Origin: Planctomycetota bacterium
GTDB lineage: Bacteria; Planctomycetota; B15-G4
Direction: 5' to 3'
NCBI GenBank assembly: GCA_965248575.1
Contig: CBDFJQ010000002.1
Location: 1,088,001 to 1,152,000, forward strand
Length of the DNA: 64,000 nt
A program made the position numbers and the translations under genes. The number at the start of each line of letters is the position of its first letter. Position 1 is the stretch's first letter. Below, one piece after another: positions 1 through 9,771 of the stretch. The notes below the pieces were generated by a model that saw only the letters and a list, made by a program, of their open reading frames with translations, searched no databases and had not been told where the DNA came from.

Positions 1-2
1 GC

Positions 3-2615
3 GACATCTACCCGCGGAACCAGAACAACCTCCAGTCGTATGTGATCGAACCATTGGTCGATCTGCCGCCGAACGCTGTGATCACCATTGGTGTCTGCAT
101 GCAAGGACTGGGCATGTCCAACCTGCTGTTGCCCGACACCGTCCCGAACGCACCGTCCAACCACGGTAACTTCACCCGTTCCGGCACCTTGTTCACCCCA
201 TGGCAGGGCCTCACGGCTCTCGGCCTCGGTGACTCCACCGTTTCCTTGAAGCAGGTCACGCTGGCCAACCAGACCATCATCAAGGTCAACGCGGGTCCCA
301 TGGACCTGGAGGGCAACCTGTTCTTCGGCGGCACCGGTGTGGTGCTGGACACGCTGATCGACGGCGACACCACCAACGACCTGACCATGGGTGGTTGGAA
401 CGTCGGTCGTACCTTCCTGGTCGGCGACGACCAGGTGCGCGGCTACGTCAACGCTCCTGTGGCACCGCAGGCTCTCGTCGTCGGCTTCGGCGGAGACGGC
501 CTCGGTGTGCTCGACCTCAACGGAGAGGGCTACAACACCAACGCACCGCTGGGGGCACTCGCCAACGTCGGCTCGGCCAACAAGCTCATCACCTCGCGCT
601 ATCTCCCGCCGTCCGTGACCGGCTCCACCTCCAACGTCAACTGGGATGCCAGCAGCTCCCAGGCCGGCGGCGCCAACCAACGCGCCTTCGGAATCCTCGG
701 ACGCTACACCTCGGGTGGTTGTCAGTGTGGTCAGGTCAGTTACGAGTCGGAGCTCGCAAGCGGCCTCGGTATTCCCACTGGCCCCATTGCGGGCAAGCGG
801 GCTCCGGGCGTGAACGAAGGTTCGTCCGGCTACGAGACCATGGTGCGCTCCTCCAAGGGCAGCCAGTTCCTGACGGATCCGTCCAAGCTCGGCCTGGTTC
901 GTGACATCCTGGTGGGCCAGTTCCTCGACACCGTCTACTTCGATGTGCAGAACCCCTTCACCTTCATCGGCCACGTGACGTACATCACGCCGCTGCAGAC
1001 GGGTGTGCCCAGCAACCTGATCTCCGATCCGCCGGTGCCGAACCCGCCACCGCTGCGCTTCCCCGAAGGCCTGCCCCACACGGCAGTCATCTTCGATCAG
1101 GCAGAGCTGACGGAGGACCCGGTCGTGATCACGGGCTCTGAGGTCTTCGGTCGCGACTACCTGATGCGCTTCGACGACGGAACCGGCATCTCGCCCTTCA
1201 CGTGGCCTGGCAACGTGATGCTGAACCTGAACCCGACGTCCAACGCGTCCAACCCCAACTCCTTCGACATCCCGCTGCTTCCGAACGCTGGTTTCCCCAG
1301 CCCCTTCCTCGGTGAGATCAACTTCCCGACGAAGTTCCTGCAGACGGGCCCGATGCCGAAGACCACCACGGCTGGAACGGTCGTGCTGACGGCGCTGAAC
1401 ACCATCGCCGTGGGCAGCGGTTTCCCGGGTGGCCTGAAGGCGCCCTCCTATCAGTCACGTCAGCAGATCGGAAACTTCCTGTTCGTGACGGATGGCGTGA
1501 ACAAGCAGTTGCACGCGGTGAACTCCAACAACATGGAAGTGCTGGAGTCGCTCAACCTGCCTGACCCCTATGGGCTGGGCCTCTCCCCTGAGGGAGGGTT
1601 GCTGTACGTGAGCAACGAGGGCAACAACACCTTGTCGGTGGTGGGCGCCGATCCTCGGAACCCCAGCACGTTCATGACGGAGTTGACCCGTGTCACCGTG
1701 GGTGAAGGCCCCCGTGCCGTTGCGGTCTCGCCGGACAACGAAGACGTCTTCGTGCTCAACCGTCTCGGCAACACCGTCAGCATCGTTGACACGGGAACCA
1801 ACACGGTGCGTCGCACCCTGACCCAGTCCGGCATCAACCGGCCGAATGACGTGTGCGTCGGCATGCGCGAGTTCGGTGGGGGCCCGGCCTTCCAGAGCGG
1901 CACCTATCACGGCTTCATCTCGAACGGTGGTGGCGACAACATCCTCATCTACGAGGGTGGACCGTCCGGTATCGCTGGCATCGGCTTCGACAACATCCTG
2001 GGCGGCATCGCCCCGAATGAGCCGCCGCAGCTCGGTGCACCCGTCCTGAACAAGATGAACAACCCGCGCGGCATCGTGTACGACCCGAACACGCCTCTGG
2101 ACGGCTTCGCACACACCATCGGTGCGTTCGTGGCTCACCAGGACGCCGTGGCCGGCAACGCCATGATCAGCCGCATTGCCTACACGGCGGACAGCAGCCC
2201 GGGTCAGGTGACCTTCAACGCCAACAACGCCAGCCCTGGTTTTGGTGAGAAGGTGTTCAACATCGTGCAGCAGTACGTGTCCACGTCCACGGGCACGGCC
2301 TTCGATGTGGCCTTGCCTGACTACAACCGGGACATCTACGAGAACAGCAACTTCAACTCGCACTACAACCTGTTGAACGCTGGCGGGACCACCTACAGCA
2401 TCGGTGGCCAGAACATCGCTCGGAACAGCAAGTACCCGCTGGCCAGCAACATCGTCCCGGTCTTCATCAACGGTCCTCGCTGGGACCCGGACCGGGTCTA
2501 CCTGTCCATCGGCGGTGGCACCATTGACGTCTTCGATGTCGATTCCGGTATCCGCCTCAAGACGGTCCAGACGGATTCAAACGCCACCATCATGGCTTCC
2601 TACTTCGAACAGTAG
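3..2615 (+). CDS. Large surface/secreted protein with YVTN/YncE-type beta-propeller (5' partial)
   Basis: Frame is open from the window edge (DIYPRNQNNLQSYVIEPL...) to TAG at 2613-2615. Propeller repeats include LPDPYGLGLSPEGGLLYVSNEGNNTLSVV and VGEGPRAVAVSPDNEDVFVLNRLGNTVSIVD. Composition is G/N/T/P-rich. Confidence 0.75.
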   Translation, partial: DIYPRNQNNLQSYVIEPLVDLPPNAVITIGVCMQGLGMSNLLLPDTVPNAPSNHGNFTRSGTLFTPWQGLTALGLGDSTVSLKQVTLANQTIIKVNAGPMDLEGNLFFGGTGVVLDTLIDGDTTNDLTMGGWNVGRTFLVGDDQVRGYVNAPVAPQALVVGFGGDGLGVLDLNGEGYNTNAPLGALANVGSANKLITSRYLPPSVTGSTSNVNWDASSSQAGGANQRAFGILGRYTSGGCQCGQVSYESELASGLGIPTGPIAGKRAPGVNEGSSGYETMVRSSKGSQFLTDPSKLGLVRDILVGQFLDTVYFDVQNPFTFIGHVTYITPLQTGVPSNLISDPPVPNPPPLRFPEGLPHTAVIFDQAELTEDPVVITGSEVFGRDYLMRFDDGTGISPFTWPGNVMLNLNPTSNASNPNSFDIPLLPNAGFPSPFLGEINFPTKFLQTGPMPKTTTAGTVVLTALNTIAVGSGFPGGLKAPSYQSRQQIGNFLFVTDGVNKQLHAVNSNNMEVLESLNLPDPYGLGLSPEGGLLYVSNEGNNTLSVVGADPRNPSTFMTELTRVTVGEGPRAVAVSPDNEDVFVLNRLGNTVSIVDTGTNTVRRTLTQSGINRPNDVCVGMREFGGGPAFQSGTYHGFISNGGGDNILIYEGGPSGIAGIGFDNILGGIAPNEPPQLGAPVLNKMNNPRGIVYDPNTPLDGFAHTIGAFVAHQDAVAGNAMISRIAYTADSSPGQVTFNANNASPGFGEKVFNIVQQYVSTSTGTAFDVALPDYNRDIYENSNFNSHYNLLNAGGTTYSIGGQNIARNSKYPLASNIVPVFINGPRWDPDRVYLSIGGGTIDVFDVDSGIRLKTVQTDSNATIMASYFEQ

Positions 2616-2672
2616 GACCCCGGTCTGACAGGAAGGACAAGACCTGGGCCCTCCAGCCCGGGTCACGAGAAC

Positions 2673-3407
2673 ATGCCGAGCACGGTTCCCGATCCTCGTT
2701 CGCCTCATCGAGGTCGGGCCGTGCGAGGCATGTTCGCCTCCATCGCGCCCCGCTACGACCTGCTCAACCGCCTGCTCTCCATGGGGATGGACCAGCGTTG
2801 GCGCACAGCGCTCGTGGGTTGCCTGCCGTCCCTGAGCCCGGGCCAGCGGGTGCTCGACCTGTGCACCGGAACCGGCGATGTGGCGCGCGCCCTGGCGCCG
2901 GCCCTGCCCGAAGGGGCCCATCTGCACGCCAGCGACTTCTGCGAAGAGATGGTCGTCCGGGCACCCAGCAAATTCTCGGAGCAAGACGCGCCCTGCTTCA
3001 CGGTGGGGGACGCCATGCTGCTGCCCTACCTGGACGCCAGCTTCCGGGCCGTCTCGGTCGCCTTCGGCCTGCGCAACATCGAGCAGCCCCCCGTGGGTCT
3101 GGCCGAAATGGCCCGGGTGCTCGAGCCAGGTGGCCGATTGCTGATCCTGGAGTTCAGTCGTCCCGAACGAAGACTTTTCTCAGCCTTCTATCGCTTCTAC
3201 TTCTTTCGCATCCTGCCCCTCATGGGACGGCTGCTCTCTGGAAGCGAAATCGACGCGTATCGCTATCTTCCCGAATCGGTGTGGGCCTTCCCCTCACCGG
3301 CGGAACTCGCCCAGGAAATGGAACGAGTCGGGCTCGCCGTCCGTGAACAACGACACTTCTTGATGGGAGCTGTCGTGCTTCACGTCGCCGAGCGAGTCCC
3401 CATGTGA
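2673..3407 (+). CDS. ubiE: Ubiquinone/menaquinone C-methyltransferase UbiE/MenG
   Basis: VRGMFASIAPRYDLLNRLLSMGMDQRWR, VLDLCTGTGD, AFGLRN, ILEFSRP, AYRYLPESV. Confidence 0.93.
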   Translation: MPSTVPDPRSPHRGRAVRGMFASIAPRYDLLNRLLSMGMDQRWRTALVGCLPSLSPGQRVLDLCTGTGDVARALAPALPEGAHLHASDFCEEMVVRAPSKFSEQDAPCFTVGDAMLLPYLDASFRAVSVAFGLRNIEQPPVGLAEMARVLEPGGRLLILEFSRPERRLFSAFYRFYFFRILPLMGRLLSGSEIDAYRYLPESVWAFPSPAELAQEMERVGLAVREQRHFLMGAVVLHVAERVPM

Positions 3408-4141
3408 AGAAACAACCCTCATCCCTGAGGGTGTATCACGAGGAATCACGGCAGATGGGGCGCTCGCTGGCCCTCGTCGTGCCCCTGCTGATCGCCTACG
3501 AGCTGACGGTCACTTTCCTGGCGCCTGAGATCCGCAACAGCGCGGAGATGGCCGTCGCGGGCTTCGTGCGCAAGCTCCCCGGCCAGGCCGTCTTCCTGTT
3601 GCGAAGCGCTAGTTTGTTGGCACTGGTCGCGGCCACCCTCTGGTGGTTTCGCGACGCACGTCCCCGCGCCAAGGTCGCCAAGCCGCACATGATGCTCACG
3701 GAGGCCCTGCTCCTGGCCGTGCTGCTCGGGCCGGCCCTGGAACGCCTTGTGGGTCGAATAGGTCTCTCGGCTGTGTCTGTCGACCAGCTGCCCCCCGACC
3801 CCGCGTGGCTGCCCTTCCTGCTCAGCGTCGGCGCCGGTCTGTGGGAGGAGATCGTGTTCCGCCTGGGATTGCTGGGCGGTCTCTTCGTCCTGCTGCGGCG
3901 GTTGGCCCGCTTGCACCCACGCTCGGCGGTGGGGATCGGCATCCTGGTCTCCGCCCTCCTGTTCGCCCTCTATCACCACATGGGCGACGCTGGCGAACCG
4001 TTCATAGCCAGTCGATTCGCGTTCAGGGCCTTCGCCGGTACAATCCTCGGCCTTCTGTTTGCATGGCGAGGACTCGCCATCGTGGTCTATATGCACGTCT
4101 TCTACGACTTGCTCTGCGATCTGCGCATGCTGCTTCTCTGA
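3404..4141 (+). CDS. CPBP (Abi/Rce1-like) intramembrane glutamic protease
   Basis: Multi-TM protein with EEIVFR, FALYH and HVFYD motifs; GTGA overlap with ubiE. Confidence 0.85.
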   Translation: MKKQPSSLRVYHEESRQMGRSLALVVPLLIAYELTVTFLAPEIRNSAEMAVAGFVRKLPGQAVFLLRSASLLALVAATLWWFRDARPRAKVAKPHMMLTEALLLAVLLGPALERLVGRIGLSAVSVDQLPPDPAWLPFLLSVGAGLWEEIVFRLGLLGGLFVLLRRLARLHPRSAVGIGILVSALLFALYHHMGDAGEPFIASRFAFRAFAGTILGLLFAWRGLAIVVYMHVFYDLLCDLRMLLL

Positions 4142-4154
4142 CGAGCGACACCTC

Positions 4155-4745
4155 ATGACTCCGAGCCCGGTCCTGGTTGCGATCACGGGCGCCTCTGGAG
4201 CCATCTATGGCGTGCGCCTGGTCCAACGGCTGTTGGCCTGCGGCCTCCCGACGGACGTCATCTGTTCTTCAGCCGGGCGACGAGTCCTGGCCCTGGAGCA
4301 CGAGCTGTCGGGCGAACCGGCAGACTGGTTTCCGGAGGGAGTTCCGGAGGGGCTGCGATCGTTCTCGAACGGCGACATCGCCGCACCTCCCGCGAGCGGG
4401 AGCCGTGCCCCCCGAGCCATGATCGTGGCACCCTGCTCCATGGGAAGCGTAGGCCGCATCGCGGCGGGCATTTCCGGGAACCTCATCGAACGCTGTGCCG
4501 ATGTGATGCTCAAGGAGCAGCAGCCCCTGGTGCTCGTCCCCCGGGAATCGCCGCTCAGCACGATCCATCTGGCCAACATGCTTCGACTCGCCGAAGCGGG
4601 AGCGCGCATGGTGCCCGCCATGCCAGCCTTCTACACGCATCCCAAGACCCTCGAGGACGGCATCGCCTTCGTGGTCGACCGGGCCATCGTCGCCGCGGGG
4701 CTCGACATCCCCCTGCGGGATCGCTGGGAAAGCCCCACGCCATGA
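4155..4745 (+). CDS. ubiX: Flavin prenyltransferase UbiX
   Basis: VAITGASGAIYG, ASGS, APCSMG, LVPRESPLSTIHLANM, PAMPAFY; ATG at 4155 chosen as start. Confidence 0.93.
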   Translation: MTPSPVLVAITGASGAIYGVRLVQRLLACGLPTDVICSSAGRRVLALEHELSGEPADWFPEGVPEGLRSFSNGDIAAPPASGSRAPRAMIVAPCSMGSVGRIAAGISGNLIERCADVMLKEQQPLVLVPRESPLSTIHLANMLRLAEAGARMVPAMPAFYTHPKTLEDGIAFVVDRAIVAAGLDIPLRDRWESPTP

Positions 4746-5632
4746 ACCGCCTCACGAGCCTCTCATCGATCCTGGCGGACATCCGGCTCTCGCACTCCAT
4801 CTTCGCCTTGCCGTTCGCCGCCATCGGGCTGACGATCGGGGCTCGAGCACAGTGGCCTGGCTGGGCCTTCTGCGGCTTCATCGTGCTAGCCATGGTGAGT
4901 GCGCGCTCGGCGGCCATGGCCTTCAACCGCCTCGTGGATCACCGCTTCGACGAGACCAACCCCCGCACCCAGGGCAGGGCGCTGCCGTCTGGCCGGGTGA
5001 GCCGCCGTGCGATGGTCAGCTTCCTCGTGGCCTGCTCCGCCGTGTTCCTGGCGAGCGCGAGCTGGTTCGGGACGATGTGCTTCGTCTTGTCGCCGCTCGT
5101 GCTCTTGGCGCTGTTCGGCTACTCGCTCACGAAGCGCTTCACGATGTGGGCCCACGCCTTCGTGGGCTTCGCGCTCGCCCTCTCACCCCCGGCCGCCTAC
5201 CTCGCCGCGCGTGGCACGGTCGATGCCGACGTGAGCGGAGTGCTCTGGCTGGCACTCGCCGTCCTGCTCTGGGTCACGGGCTTCGACATCATCTATGCCT
5301 GCCAGGACGTCGAGCATGACCGGCAGGAACAGCTCCACTCACTGCCGTCCCGCCTGGGCATCGCTCGTGCGCTGAACCTCGCCCGCTGGGTCCACCTCGG
5401 GATGGTGGCCGCCCTCTGCTTCGCAGTGCTTGGCCAGGGCTGGGGCCCCCTCTCCTGGTCCGCCGTCGCACTGGTCAGCGTGTTGCTGCTCGTGGAGCAC
5501 GGCATGGTCTCGCCCAAGGACCTGAGCCGGGTCAACGCCTCCTTCTTCACCGTGAATGGTGCTGTCAGCGTCCTGTTCTCGCTGCTCGTGGCCATGGACA
5601 TCATCGGTAGGGCGGATCAGCTTTGGCCATAA
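4742..5632 (+). CDS. UbiA-family prenyltransferase (MqnP-like, menaquinone futalosine route)
   Basis: HSIFALPFA, RSAAMAFNRLVD..FD..NPRT..R.LP, YSLTKR, GFDIIYACQD; ATGA overlap with ubiX. Confidence 0.88.
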   Translation: MNRLTSLSSILADIRLSHSIFALPFAAIGLTIGARAQWPGWAFCGFIVLAMVSARSAAMAFNRLVDHRFDETNPRTQGRALPSGRVSRRAMVSFLVACSAVFLASASWFGTMCFVLSPLVLLALFGYSLTKRFTMWAHAFVGFALALSPPAAYLAARGTVDADVSGVLWLALAVLLWVTGFDIIYACQDVEHDRQEQLHSLPSRLGIARALNLARWVHLGMVAALCFAVLGQGWGPLSWSAVALVSVLLLVEHGMVSPKDLSRVNASFFTVNGAVSVLFSLLVAMDIIGRADQLWP

Positions 5633-6771
5633 AGCGCGCCACCTTCATCGACATCTGGGGCGCAGCCATCCGGCAACTCGCCCAGGATGACCTCCCGCCC
5701 ATGACGGTCATCGCGGGCGAGAATCCCTTCGTGAAGGAACGCCTGATCCGTGCAGCCCTGCAGCAGATGGACGGTGACGTCGAGGTCTTCGCGACGCGCC
5801 AGGGCGAGCCACCCGCCTCCGCCATGCGCCGCATGCAGGACCTGTGGGCCACCCGCTCCCTCTTCGGTGGCGGCCAGCTGATCCTGGCCCGGGATGCCGA
5901 CGCCTTGGTCAAGGGCAATGGGCTGAAGCAGCTTGGGGCCATCCTCAGCGAGGGGCCACCACCCAACCGCTTGCTGATCACCGTGCAGTCCCTCGACGGG
6001 CGCAGCAAGCTGGCGAAGGCTCTCAAGACGCAGAACGGGTTCATCAACCTGCCGGTGCTTCGGGATGCGCCGCCGCCCTGGCACGACGGCGGCCCCTTCC
6101 TCGAGACCGACCTCAACCAGTGGATCGCTGCAGAGGGCAAGGCCCAGGGCTTGCAGGTCTCGCTCGCCGTGGCAGGCGAACTCGCCAAGCGGATCGGCAA
6201 TGAGCCCGGGCGCCTTGCACAGAAGCTGCAACAACTGGCAACCCTGCTGGGTGAGCGCACCCAACTCAGCGCCAAGGACGTGACGGAGTTCGTGCCCTTC
6301 TCTTCCGTGCGCATCCTGAGCCTCTACGAAGAGGCCCTGATTGCGGGGGACATCACAGCCGCTTTGCAACTGGTGGACCGCATGGTGCACGACGGCGTGT
6401 ACGACCCCTTCATGCGCCTGGTGTCCGGATCGGCTGTCTCGGAGACCGTGCTGCGCGGCCTCACCTCCGGGCTCGCCCGCGTCTACGAGGCACACGAACG
6501 GCTGGGGCCCGCGCTCGTGCAGGCTGTCTCCGACAAGCCCTGGCAACGATCCAAAGCTGACAGCGCGGCCCTCGATGAGGCGCTCGGCCGTGGGGGCAGG
6601 CGCGTGTTCCTGGAACGGGACCTGAAGCGGATGCCGCTGGCCTCGGCGCGCTCGGCGTTTGAAGTGGCGCTGGACGGCTTGCGTCGGCTGCGAGATGGAC
6701 GCGGGCTCTCCCTGCACGCACACACAGTGCGCCTCGGACAGGCCTACCGCTCCGGATCGAGAAACCGATGA
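5623..6771 (+). CDS. holA: DNA polymerase III delta subunit (HolA)-like protein
   Basis: VIAGENPF, TRSLFGG, LDGRSKL, ELAKRIG...LAQKLQQL, DVTEFV: divergent HolA layout; TTG start. Confidence 0.65.
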   Translation: MAIKRATFIDIWGAAIRQLAQDDLPPMTVIAGENPFVKERLIRAALQQMDGDVEVFATRQGEPPASAMRRMQDLWATRSLFGGGQLILARDADALVKGNGLKQLGAILSEGPPPNRLLITVQSLDGRSKLAKALKTQNGFINLPVLRDAPPPWHDGGPFLETDLNQWIAAEGKAQGLQVSLAVAGELAKRIGNEPGRLAQKLQQLATLLGERTQLSAKDVTEFVPFSSVRILSLYEEALIAGDITAALQLVDRMVHDGVYDPFMRLVSGSAVSETVLRGLTSGLARVYEAHERLGPALVQAVSDKPWQRSKADSAALDEALGRGGRRVFLERDLKRMPLASARSAFEVALDGLRRLRDGRGLSLHAHTVRLGQAYRSGSRNR

Positions 6772-8651
6772 TTCGCAAACTTCCCAAGGAAGTCGTCGAC
6801 CGCATCGCAGCAGGAGAGGTGGTCGAGCGGCCCGCCGCGGTGGTCAAGGAGCTCGTCGAGAACGCCCTCGATGCCAGGGCCACGTCCATCGATGTCAGTA
6901 TCGAGAATGGAGGGCTGGGGCTGATTCGCGTGGCTGACAACGGCACCGGTATCGATGCTGACGATCTCCCCGTCGCTTTTGCCTCCCACGCCACGTCCAA
7001 ACTCGTCGATGTCGATGACCTGTTCCACGTCGTGAGCTTCGGTTTCCGGGGAGAAGCCCTGAGCTCGATGGCGGCCGTCTCCCGCGCCAGGATCACGTCT
7101 GCAGCCGACGACAGCGGCGGCGGCTACCGGCTCGACTGCACGGCGGGGGAGCTGGGCCGCCTCGAAGCCGTGCCCAGCGCCCACGGCACGGTGGTGGAGA
7201 TCCGCGACCTGTTCCACAACACCCCGGCACGGCGCCAGTTCCTGGGCGCGATCCGGACCGAGGCGGCCAAGTGTCGCGAAGTGTGCACGTCCCTGTCGCT
7301 GGTCAACCCCGGCATCCGCTTCAGCTTCACGACCGATGGAAAGTTGCGGTTCAGTGCCGACGGTTCGCTCGAGCTGGGTGACCGCGTGCGAGCGGTCTAC
7401 GGCCGAGACTTCTCGGAGTCCATGATCGATCTCTCCGGCAGTGAGCCGGGACTGCAGGTGGAAGGCCAACTCAGCCTGCCCGCCGCCGCACGACACCGCG
7501 CACGCACGCAACTGCTGTTCGTGAACGGACGCCTCGTCAAGGACAGGGGCGTGCTGTCCGCCGTGCGGGTCGCCTGCCGCGACTTCATTCCACCCAACTT
7601 GAACGCCTCGTGGGTCCTGTTCCTGACGATCGATCCGGAACGTCTGGACGTCAACGTCCATCCGACAAAGGCCGAGGTCCGCTTCCGCGACAAGGACGCC
7701 ATCTTCCGCCTCGTGCGACGCGCCTGCCGGGATGCCTTGCTCCAGTCCGATCTCGCACCGCGCATTCGCGCTGAGCACCTGGATGGGGCCAAGGGTTCTG
7801 GTGCGGGAGAGCAGAGTCCCGCGGCCCTGTTTGGTGCCCCCGGCACGGCCAACCCTCCGTCAAATCCATCTGAGCGAGCCTCGCCGCTGCACGGAACGTC
7901 GCACTCGACTTTCGCGCGTCCGGCTGCTCTCCATCCCGCGTCGGACAGCGGGTCGCCCCCCACGTCAGCCAACGGAGACCGCACCTCGCCTGAGCCACCG
8001 GGCGTGCCCTGGTCGCAAGAGGCGGAAGATTCGGTTGAGGTGGTGTCCGAAGCTCACCCCTTGTTGATGAGCGGCGTCAGCCATTCAGCCCGCTTCCTGC
8101 AGGTGCTCGACACCTACCTCGTGCACGACTCGCCTGACGGCTTGGTGTTGGTGGACCAGCACGCGCTGCACGAACGCATCCTCTATGCACGCCTCCAGGA
8201 CGACCTCGCCGCGGGCCGCATGGAACGCCAGGGGTTGTTGGTTCCGCAGCCGGTCCACCTCACGCCCGAACTGCACGCACTCAGCCTGGAGAAGGCCGAC
8301 GAGCTCAAGCACTTCGGCCTCGAGATCGAGGACTTCGGCCAGGACACCCTCGTGGTGCGCGCTGTCCCGACCGTCCTGAGGAATGAACGCCTCGAAGACC
8401 TGGTGGTAGCCCTCGTCGCTCCGCCCGACGTTCATGGGGGCGTGCCGCACGGCTTGGACCGCCGACTCTTCACCATGGCGTGCCACGCCGCCGTGAAGGC
8501 CGGCGACCCGTTGAAGGAAGAGGAGATCGCTGCCTTGTTGGAGCAGGGTGCCGCCCTGGAACACGACTCCACCTGCCCTCACGGCAGACCCACGCGCCTG
8601 ATGATCGGCCGCACGGAATTGGAGCGCCTGTTCAAACGCTCCGGCTTCTAG
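6768..8651 (+). CDS. mutL: DNA mismatch repair endonuclease MutL
   Basis: IAAGEVVERPAAVVKELVENALDA, FGFRGEAL, DVNVHPTKAEVRF, DQHALHER, QGLLVP clamp motif, ACH, CPHGRP. Confidence 0.97.
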   Translation: MIRKLPKEVVDRIAAGEVVERPAAVVKELVENALDARATSIDVSIENGGLGLIRVADNGTGIDADDLPVAFASHATSKLVDVDDLFHVVSFGFRGEALSSMAAVSRARITSAADDSGGGYRLDCTAGELGRLEAVPSAHGTVVEIRDLFHNTPARRQFLGAIRTEAAKCREVCTSLSLVNPGIRFSFTTDGKLRFSADGSLELGDRVRAVYGRDFSESMIDLSGSEPGLQVEGQLSLPAAARHRARTQLLFVNGRLVKDRGVLSAVRVACRDFIPPNLNASWVLFLTIDPERLDVNVHPTKAEVRFRDKDAIFRLVRRACRDALLQSDLAPRIRAEHLDGAKGSGAGEQSPAALFGAPGTANPPSNPSERASPLHGTSHSTFARPAALHPASDSGSPPTSANGDRTSPEPPGVPWSQEAEDSVEVVSEAHPLLMSGVSHSARFLQVLDTYLVHDSPDGLVLVDQHALHERILYARLQDDLAAGRMERQGLLVPQPVHLTPELHALSLEKADELKHFGLEIEDFGQDTLVVRAVPTVLRNERLEDLVVALVAPPDVHGGVPHGLDRRLFTMACHAAVKAGDPLKEEEIAALLEQGAALEHDSTCPHGRPTRLMIGRTELERLFKRSGF

Positions 8652-8660
8652 CTGCGGCGG

Positions 8661-9770
8661 TCACTTCGGGACAGCGAACATGCTCTCATCGACTTCCGGA
8701 TAGAGGTCCAGCTCCAGGTCGCCGCCGTCCTCGTCCGGAATGATGTTCAACGTGATCAAGGGAACGGAGTCACCGTCCTGGAAGACGGCCGTGTAGGCCG
8801 GGACCTTGAGGCCCGAGGTGCTGGGGAGGTGGAAGCGGAAACGGAGCTCCAGCTCCCGGGCATCGCTGCGACCCAAGGTCCGGACCCGGAAGGCCCACAA
8901 CGCTCCTGTCTCCACATCGATGGCGAGGCCCACCTGGAGCTCGGGAGCCGGCGGCGGGGGGCTGCCGAGGCTGGGTGGAGGGCCCAGCTCCGACTCGAAG
9001 AGTTCGTCTTCCACCCGCCCGACGACCCACTGGACGTCGCGCAGCTCCCGCCCATAGCGATCGATGGACACCTTACTGGCAGGGCCATCCAGCGCCAGGC
9101 CCGCCAACTTCTGCGAGAGCGCATCCACCACGAAAGCGTCCAGCATGACGGGCATCAAGCGCAGCTGATCGCGCACCTGCTCAAGATCCACCTCGAAGGT
9201 GAGCGGGTCATCGCTGTAGACCACCACCTTCTGGGTGCTGTTGTCCCGGAACCAGGTCCGGGAGCCGTCGAAACCGACCGTCGAATTCGAGTTCACCACT
9301 TCGTCTTCACGGGTGGTGAGCATGCGCTCCGGGGCACGCAGATAGACTCGCTCGACCCAAGCACCCACCGTGAGGCCGTCCTGGGGATTGACCACTTGCA
9401 CTCGAAAGCGCCCCGCAAGACCTGTCGGTGCAGAAAGCGGGATCTGGCCTCGCTGGAACTCCGCCGCCCGCTGCAGAAGCGCCCTGGCAGCGACCTCTCC
9501 CATGCTGACTTGGGGTGTGTCCTGCGCAGATGGCTCCGGTGCGGGGGGGGCCGGTGCCGAGGGTTCCGGCGCCACGGATTCCGCTGCCAGGGGCTCCTGG
9601 GCGACAGAAGCCACCTCGGCCGCTGGCTCGGAGACGGGCAACGCCTCGGCCTGGGCCAGCACCGAATCCGTGGTGCTTTGCGGTGAGACTGTCTCAGCGA
9701 CGGGCACAGCGCTACAGTGAGCGGCAAGCGGTGCGAAGAGTGCGATCAAGGTTGCAGAGAGATTTTTCAT
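8661..9770 (-). CDS. Exported protein, possible LolA-like fold
   Basis: Signal-peptide-like N-terminus MKNLSATLIALFAPLAA, an Ala/Pro/Glu linker, and a VGFDGSRTWFRD motif reminiscent of LolA-like proteins. Confidence 0.55.
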   Translation of the reverse strand: MKNLSATLIALFAPLAAHCSAVPVAETVSPQSTTDSVLAQAEALPVSEPAAEVASVAQEPLAAESVAPEPSAPAPPAPEPSAQDTPQVSMGEVAARALLQRAAEFQRGQIPLSAPTGLAGRFRVQVVNPQDGLTVGAWVERVYLRAPERMLTTREDEVVNSNSTVGFDGSRTWFRDNSTQKVVVYSDDPLTFEVDLEQVRDQLRLMPVMLDAFVVDALSQKLAGLALDGPASKVSIDRYGRELRDVQWVVGRVEDELFESELGPPPSLGSPPPPAPELQVGLAIDVETGALWAFRVRTLGRSDARELELRFRFHLPSTSGLKVPAYTAVFQDGDSVPLITLNIIPDEDGGDLELDLYPEVDESMFAVPK

Positions 9771-9771
9771 C

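Noticed and set aside
2641..2664. Hairpin GACCTGGGC/GCCCGGGTC as an intrinsic terminator
   Set aside because: No U-tract and it sits just before the ubiE start; function cannot be supported.
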